From: Schmidtea polychroa | Lineage: Eukaryota | NCBI GenBank assembly: GCA_044892525.1 | Contig: CM097885.1 | Location: forward strand, 22,198,001 to 22,262,000 | Reading direction: 5' to 3' | Length of the DNA: 64,000 nt | Shown here: piece after piece, positions 58,841-64,000 of the stretch | Layout: each line of letters begins with the position of its first letter | How positions within the stretch are numbered: position 1 is the stretch's first letter | Program-made: the position numbers and the translations under genes | Notes under the pieces: generated by a model | Database searches by the model: none | The model's input: the letters and a program-made list of their open reading frames with translations, nothing else | What the model was told of the DNA's origin: nothing

Positions 58841-60232
58841 ATGAGTAAATATTGGACATGTGAAAGTTGTAATTGTCAAGTTACAAGACATCACAAAGCA
58901 AGTCATCTCAAAACTAAAAAACATACGAGAGTTGATATTACAGGAGGCGACCTACAATCTTCAAAAACAACATCTACAATATTAAAACCTTTTACTACAA
59001 AAAAATATCTAGGTGAAAGACATTTATTCCGTCACAATTATACTGGACCAGGAACAAGATTAGATATTAGATTAGATGAAAATAATAATCCTAAACAAGG
59101 AGAAGAACCAATAAATAGAATCGACCAAGCAGCTTTAAAACATGACATTGCTTACAACTCTGAAGATCTTAGAGATAGACATGTTGCTGATGTGAATTTA
59201 ATACATGATTTAAATAATATACAAAATCCATCAAGCAAGGAAAAGATTCAAAGAGCTCTAGTTAAATTAGCAATGAAAGGTAAGATTTTCATAGGAGCAG
59301 GACTTCCTAGAAAAGCAAAAGATGTTGCTAATAAAAGGATTATTGAACAAGCAGACGTTGAAAGATCCCTTGAGAATCAACTCTTTGAGAATAAACCCTT
59401 ACAAACCCCAACAGAATCACAAATAAAATATGCCAACGAATTACACCATGAATTTAGAAAAAATAAAAAATATTTAAAAGTTCAAGTACATGAAAAAGAT
59501 CAAACATGGTCTGCTGATTTAGTCTTTATGCCAACCAAATCATCAGACCCTGAAAAATATAAAATAATTTTAACAGTAATAGATTTATATACAAGATTTG
59601 CTTTTGCAAGATGTTTAGAAAATAAAACAGGATATTCTATTACAGAAGCATTTGAAAATATATTTGAACAACATCAAAGAATTCCAAAATATTTATGGTG
59701 TGATAAAGGAACAGAATTTTATAACAAAGTTTTTACAAAGTTTTTAAATGAAAATGATATTAAATTATATTCAACAGAAAACGAAGGAAAAGCAGTCGTA
59801 GTTGAAAGATTAAATAGAACATTAAAAAATAAAATGTGGAAATATTTTACTGCTATTGGAAAACAAAAATGGAACAATGAATTGTTACAAAAGATTTTAA
59901 ATGAATATAATAATGATGTACATAGTTCTATAAAATTAACACCCTTAAATGCTTCCTTGAATCCTGAAACCATTAAAGTGGTAAATATTGAAAATGATGT
60001 TATTGTTGATACAACCCCTATAAAACCAAAGTTTAAAATTGGTGACCGAGTAAGAATATTTAAATATAAAAATAAATTTGAAAAAGGATTCACAGCAAAA
60101 TGGACAAATGAAATTTTTATTATAAATAAAATACATTATACAACTCCAATAACATATAGCATCATTGATTTAAATAATGAAAAAATATTAGGTAGATTTT
60201 ATAATAATGAACTACAGAAAACAGATTTTTAA
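58841..60232 (+). CDS. Zinc finger-phospholipase A2-retroviral-type integrase fusion
   Basis: CxxC..H..H N-terminus. Parvoviral PLA2 motifs YTGPG, DxxAxxHDxxY and AD. DDE triad WSADL / CDKGTEF / VVERLNRT (D-33-E). C-terminal PKFKIGDRVRI..FEKG..WT.E.F. No chromodomain. Confidence 0.92.
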   Translation: MSKYWTCESCNCQVTRHHKASHLKTKKHTRVDITGGDLQSSKTTSTILKPFTTKKYLGERHLFRHNYTGPGTRLDIRLDENNNPKQGEEPINRIDQAALKHDIAYNSEDLRDRHVADVNLIHDLNNIQNPSSKEKIQRALVKLAMKGKIFIGAGLPRKAKDVANKRIIEQADVERSLENQLFENKPLQTPTESQIKYANELHHEFRKNKKYLKVQVHEKDQTWSADLVFMPTKSSDPEKYKIILTVIDLYTRFAFARCLENKTGYSITEAFENIFEQHQRIPKYLWCDKGTEFYNKVFTKFLNENDIKLYSTENEGKAVVVERLNRTLKNKMWKYFTAIGKQKWNNELLQKILNEYNNDVHSSIKLTPLNASLNPETIKVVNIENDVIVDTTPIKPKFKIGDRVRIFKYKNKFEKGFTAKWTNEIFIINKIHYTTPITYSIIDLNNEKILGRFYNNELQKTDF

Positions 60233-61023
60233 GTCGACAAGCCCTAAAACAAACTTTTTCCATATTTCAGCTTCTTCTCTATCCAAATAAATATAATTAT
60301 ATTTTTCTTTCCAATGATTATCAACAAACATATCAAACATATTCTTATCAGGTTCAACATTTGAAAATAAATCATTATAAATCATATTCTTATCACGCTT
60401 GTCTAATTTAAAAATATAAAACAATTAGAATTATTTCTTATAGAGTTTTTATCTAAAGCATAATATGTTTGAGATATATAAATAACATTACAATTATTAT
60501 GTCGACCTCGTGTAAAGTAACTCTTTTGAATCTCTTGATTTTTCATATTAACAACATCATCAAATATAACTAGATTCTTTTTATCTTTAGGAAGTAAATC
60601 ACAATGTAAAACATCTTCAGGTTTATTAGAGAATAAGATCTGGATTCCATCCCCTATATAATCATTTTTATTACTAATATCTGATTCTAAAATCTTTTCC
60701 TTGTACCAATCAACCATATCACAAGGATGAAAAACCTCTTCGGGATATGTATGTTGATTTTTAAAAATATCAATTATAGCTTATTTAGTTAATTTATTTT
60801 CAAATCCACATTTCAAAAGTTGTAATTCCGGTTGGTTAATGGTTGTAGAATAAAAGATTAAATTATTATAATCCAAAAAACCATCTTCTAATAACATTCT
60901 CATAAGAAGAACATTCTTTCCACATCCAGAAGATCCAATAATTAAGCATCTAAAATTATCAGGAAATACTTTATTATTAAATTTAGATTTATGTCTATTT
61001 AAAATTGGTTTCCAAGTATCCAT
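60212..61023 (-). pseudogene. A32/FtsK-like packaging ATPase, disrupted
   Basis: Walker A GSSGCGKN, Walker B LVIFDD, FTRGRHNN and ISQ motifs. In-frame TAA at 60781-60783 and a 1-nt frameshift near 60410. Confidence 0.9.
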
Positions 61024-61039
61024 TTTTATTTATTATAAA

Positions 61040-61555
61040 ATGACAACACAAAACCCTACAGAGGAATCTTTGCAAGAATTAATAAATTCAAATAAAAATA
61101 AATCAGTAGTAATCTCTGGTAAAAAATATTTTATTGGAAAACATGTAAAAGAACAAGTTAAAGAAAAACTAAAGGAAGGATGGATTCTTCCTCTGGCGGC
61201 TTTAATACCTGCAATCATTGCCGGACTATCAGGTGCTGCTGGAATAGCTGGAGGAATTGCAACTACAGTTCAAAAAGCTAAAGAATCTCAAAAGACAGAC
61301 CTAGAAAAAGAAAAACTACAAACTGAAATCGAGAAAATGAAGGGAGGGAAAGGTCTTTATCTTGATCCTTATAAAGGTCGTGGTTTAAATGATTTTTTAA
61401 AAAATCAAATTTCTACATCTGAATCTTTATCTTCAAAAGATAAAGATGATTTAAAAAAAATATGTAAATCTTTAAAAAATGGATGTCTTTGTAAAATTAA
61501 AAATGGTAAAGGTTTATACTTGAAACCCTTTCCAACGGATCCTTTACCAAAATGA
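61040..61555 (+). CDS. pX-like (adenovirus protein X/mu-like) membrane-active core protein
   Basis: EGWILPLAALIPAIIAGLSGAAGIAGGIA hydrophobic segment and two GKGLYL.P repeats, as in the X part of adintovirus PLA2X proteins. Confidence 0.7.
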   Translation: MTTQNPTEESLQELINSNKNKSVVISGKKYFIGKHVKEQVKEKLKEGWILPLAALIPAIIAGLSGAAGIAGGIATTVQKAKESQKTDLEKEKLQTEIEKMKGGKGLYLDPYKGRGLNDFLKNQISTSESLSSKDKDDLKKICKSLKNGCLCKIKNGKGLYLKPFPTDPLPK

Positions 61556-61577
61556 TACCATTTTTAATACCATTAAA

Positions 61578-62375
61578 ATGGTATATGAAGAAAGATTAGC
61601 ACTTTTAAAAAAATTACAATCAGAACAAGATAAATATAATAAAAAAGATACAACTCAACACGCTGAATCTATAATATTAAATGAGGTAATCCAACAACAA
61701 CAAGGACCAACAATTAAAGCCATAAAAGAGTTAGAAGTTTTAAAATTTAAAGAGTTGGAAGATAAACAAGATTTAAAAGAATTACCATGGTTGGAAGATT
61801 TAAATATAAAACCTCTTATACTTGATCCTAAAATTAATGTGAGTTTAAGTAAAACAATTAAACCTACATTTAATATTAATGTTGAAGGATATCAAATAAT
61901 AACAATTAATAAACATGACTTTCTGTTATATTTAAATTCAGAAAATAAATCACGTATTCATTCACAAAATGTTTATAATACTAAACACCTAGATTTTGAA
62001 TTTACAGATGATTTTTATGGATTAGTTTGTGGATATCCCTCAGAGAATGTTGATCTTCTAGAAATTAAAAAATATTTAAATTTAATAGAATTAGTACATG
62101 GTAGTGCTAAAGCAAAACATATTCAAGATTTAAAGAAATATTTAAATAAAAATGAAAGGGGTTATATTGTCACAGAAGGAGAGGGCCAGGGTCAGGGCCA
62201 GAGAAAGGGTAAGGAGATAAACCCAATCAATCTTTTTATTGAATTAAGAAAACTATTAGCAGCAAGGAAAGCAGGACATAATAATTTAGATTCTGATATT
62301 TTAAAGATTTCTAAAGAATTATTAAAACAAGGAATAATTTCAAAAGATAAATTTAATAAGTATACGAAGTTATAA
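61578..62375 (+). CDS. Conserved Polinton protein of unknown function
   Basis: 265-aa intact ORF. C-terminal NPINL..ELRKLLAARKAGHNN...ELLKQGII resembles a motif recurrent in invertebrate Polintons. Confidence 0.65.
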   Translation: MVYEERLALLKKLQSEQDKYNKKDTTQHAESIILNEVIQQQQGPTIKAIKELEVLKFKELEDKQDLKELPWLEDLNIKPLILDPKINVSLSKTIKPTFNINVEGYQIITINKHDFLLYLNSENKSRIHSQNVYNTKHLDFEFTDDFYGLVCGYPSENVDLLEIKKYLNLIELVHGSAKAKHIQDLKKYLNKNERGYIVTEGEGQGQGQRKGKEINPINLFIELRKLLAARKAGHNNLDSDILKISKELLKQGIISKDKFNKYTKL

Positions 62376-62397
62376 ATACGAAGTTATAAAATATAAA

Positions 62398-62820
62398 ATG
62401 ACTCCTTCAATATTAGATTTTTTAAAAACATTTGGAATAACAAATTTTGATTTAAAAGATTATGCAGATTATTTAAATTTAAAAATAAAAATATTAATGA
62501 ATGATGAATTGTCGAGTCTGAAAGAAGACACTCCAAAGAATATCATTATAAATTATCAAAATTCAAATGAAAAAGGATCTCATTGGGTTTGTATATATAA
62601 TAAATCTATATACTTTGATTCTTTTGGGATTAAACCCACTAAAGAAGTTGAAGACTATCTCTCGGACTACACTTTTAATTCTTTACAAGTTCAACCTAAT
62701 AATACTAAAATATGTGGTATTTTAAGCTTATATGTTTTGTATAGATTGAATAAATCTAAAGGAGAAGGTTTCACTTCCTTAATCCAAGAAATTTATAATG
62801 ATTTAAAATCTATACTATGA
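62398..62820 (+). CDS. Adenain-like cysteine maturation protease
   Basis: Catalytic motifs GSHWV, YFDSFG, QVQ and CG. Confidence 0.92.
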   Translation: MTPSILDFLKTFGITNFDLKDYADYLNLKIKILMNDELSSLKEDTPKNIIINYQNSNEKGSHWVCIYNKSIYFDSFGIKPTKEVEDYLSDYTFNSLQVQPNNTKICGILSLYVLYRLNKSKGEGFTSLIQEIYNDLKSIL

Positions 62821-63587
62821 AAATGGAGCTTCGCAACCTTCCGGAAGATAATTTAAAAAAAATGGTAAACATAATGTCAGATAAATATTCAAGAACTTTA
62901 TCTATAAATTCAAAAGAATCAGACTTTACTATAAACTTTCAAGATTCAATTAAATTAGATCAAAATTTAAATTATGAATTAGGACTATTATGGTTTTGTG
63001 CTTATAATACTATTTTTAATATAACTAAAGATAATAACATATTTTATTATATAAGCCCAAAATCTACAGATAAGATTATAATAACAATCGAACCCGGAGC
63101 TTATGAGATAAAAGATTTAAATAATATACTTTCTAAAAAAACAAATGGAGTCATTAAAATTAAAATGGATTTACCAACTTCAAAATGTATAATGACTTTA
63201 GAGAATATAGGAATTCATTTTCAAAATAATAGTTTCTTTAGAACAATTTTAGGATTTACACGAAACCATTATATCACACCTGTAGTTGAGAATATAACAT
63301 CAGAAAATATTATAAAAATAATAAATACAAACACAATAAATATTCATTGTGATTGTATAACAGGTTCTTATAATAATGGTAAACAAACAAATGTTTTATA
63401 TTCCTTTCCCTCAAACACAGTTCCTATGGGATATAAAATAGTTGAAAGAATGAATCCTCCAAATTATTTACCTTTATGTAGAAAATATATAATGGATATT
63501 AATTTTAAAATTCTTAATCAAGAAGGAGAATTGATTGATTTTAATGGAGAAGAGATTTCAATGTATTTACATTTGAAACAGGTTTGA
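62817..63587 (+). CDS. Polinton minor capsid (penton) protein
   Basis: YNTIFNIT..NN, PGAYEI.DLN, I.IHCD.I.GSY.NG, P.GYKIVE, NQ.G.LIDFNGE.I...LHL. 4-bp ATGA overlap with the protease gene. Confidence 0.88.
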   Translation: MKMELRNLPEDNLKKMVNIMSDKYSRTLSINSKESDFTINFQDSIKLDQNLNYELGLLWFCAYNTIFNITKDNNIFYYISPKSTDKIIITIEPGAYEIKDLNNILSKKTNGVIKIKMDLPTSKCIMTLENIGIHFQNNSFFRTILGFTRNHYITPVVENITSENIIKIINTNTINIHCDCITGSYNNGKQTNVLYSFPSNTVPMGYKIVERMNPPNYLPLCRKYIMDINFKILNQEGELIDFNGEEISMYLHLKQV

Positions 63588-63611
63588 AGATTCATTTTAA
63601 ATTATTAATAA

Positions 63612-64000
63612 ATGAGTTCTTATATTCCATGTAATAGAGGTGGTGGAACAATAAAAACAGGGTTTAATACAGAAGAAATATTAACTTTAACAGAAAATAA
63701 ATATATTAATGAAAGAGGTGATTCAATGAAGGGTGATTTAATTTTAAATGGACACAAGATAAAAGAATTATCTTTTCCAACTGATGAAGCTGATGCAGTT
63801 AATAAGAAATATGTAGATGGTGTTAAAAAATATACTGATTTAACAACAACAAGAATTGAAAGTTCATTAACAACAAAAATTGATTCAATGGAATCAAAGC
63901 TTAATAATATCGAACAACGATTTAATGATAAATTTGACAAGTTACAAAGTCTGTTAACTGAACAAGTTGTAAAGTTAAATACTAGCATATTAAATTCTAA
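63612..64000 (+). CDS. Fiber-like protein (5' part; open at the window end)
   Basis: Manual translation MSSYIPCNRGGG..GDSMKGDLILNGHKIKELSFPTDEADAVNKKYVD, then a heptad-like segment; no stop before 64000. Confidence 0.7.
   Translation, partial: MSSYIPCNRGGGTIKTGFNTEEILTLTENKYINERGDSMKGDLILNGHKIKELSFPTDEADAVNKKYVDGVKKYTDLTTTRIESSLTTKIDSMESKLNNIEQRFNDKFDKLQSLLTEQVVKLNTSILNS

Larger units (their letters stand above)
55854..64000 (+). mobile_element. Polinton/Maverick (adintovirus-like endogenous virus), left part
   Basis: AGTAGT terminus followed by a ~1.65-kb non-coding repeat-rich region. Then compact intronless ORFs for DJR capsid, rve integrase, A32-like ATPase, adenain, minor capsid and a fiber-like protein. 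pPolB and the right end are not in the window. Confidence 0.95.

Noticed and set aside
63620..63988. 122-aa minus-strand ORF (also 57637-57825, 58682-58924, 59719-60136, 61033-61218)
   Set aside because: Antisense shadows of the real plus-strand viral genes.

Overview
Very AT-rich eukaryotic (invertebrate) genomic DNA; the composition and repeat content resemble planarian flatworms, but the species is only a guess. Two host genes are visible. On the minus strand are three exons of a PSD/EFA6-type Sec7 ARF-GEF (~13.4-26.7 kb). On the plus strand are four exons of a trypsin-like serine protease (~44.8-55.4 kb) whose catalytic-Ser exon is not in the window. Introns and intergenic DNA are full of decayed transposons: an internally deleted Gypsy LTR element, several hAT elements, mariner/Tigger, piggyBac and Penelope remnants, and a triple-nested stack. 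A perfect 1.6-kb (GAT)544 tract sits inside a Buster-type hAT transposase. The main feature is the left ~8 kb of an endogenous Polinton/Maverick (adintovirus-like) element from ~55,854 to the window end. It encodes major and minor capsid proteins, an adenain protease, a packaging ATPase (disrupted), a pX-like protein and a fiber-like ORF. It also has two unusual features. (i) A zinc finger + parvovirus-type phospholipase A2 + DDE integrase fusion bracketed by candidate protease sites. (ii) Two tandem Pol III-type small RNA units (A box, B box, cUACGg hairpin, oligo-T), reminiscent of adenovirus VA RNAs, in a hairpin-rich terminal region.
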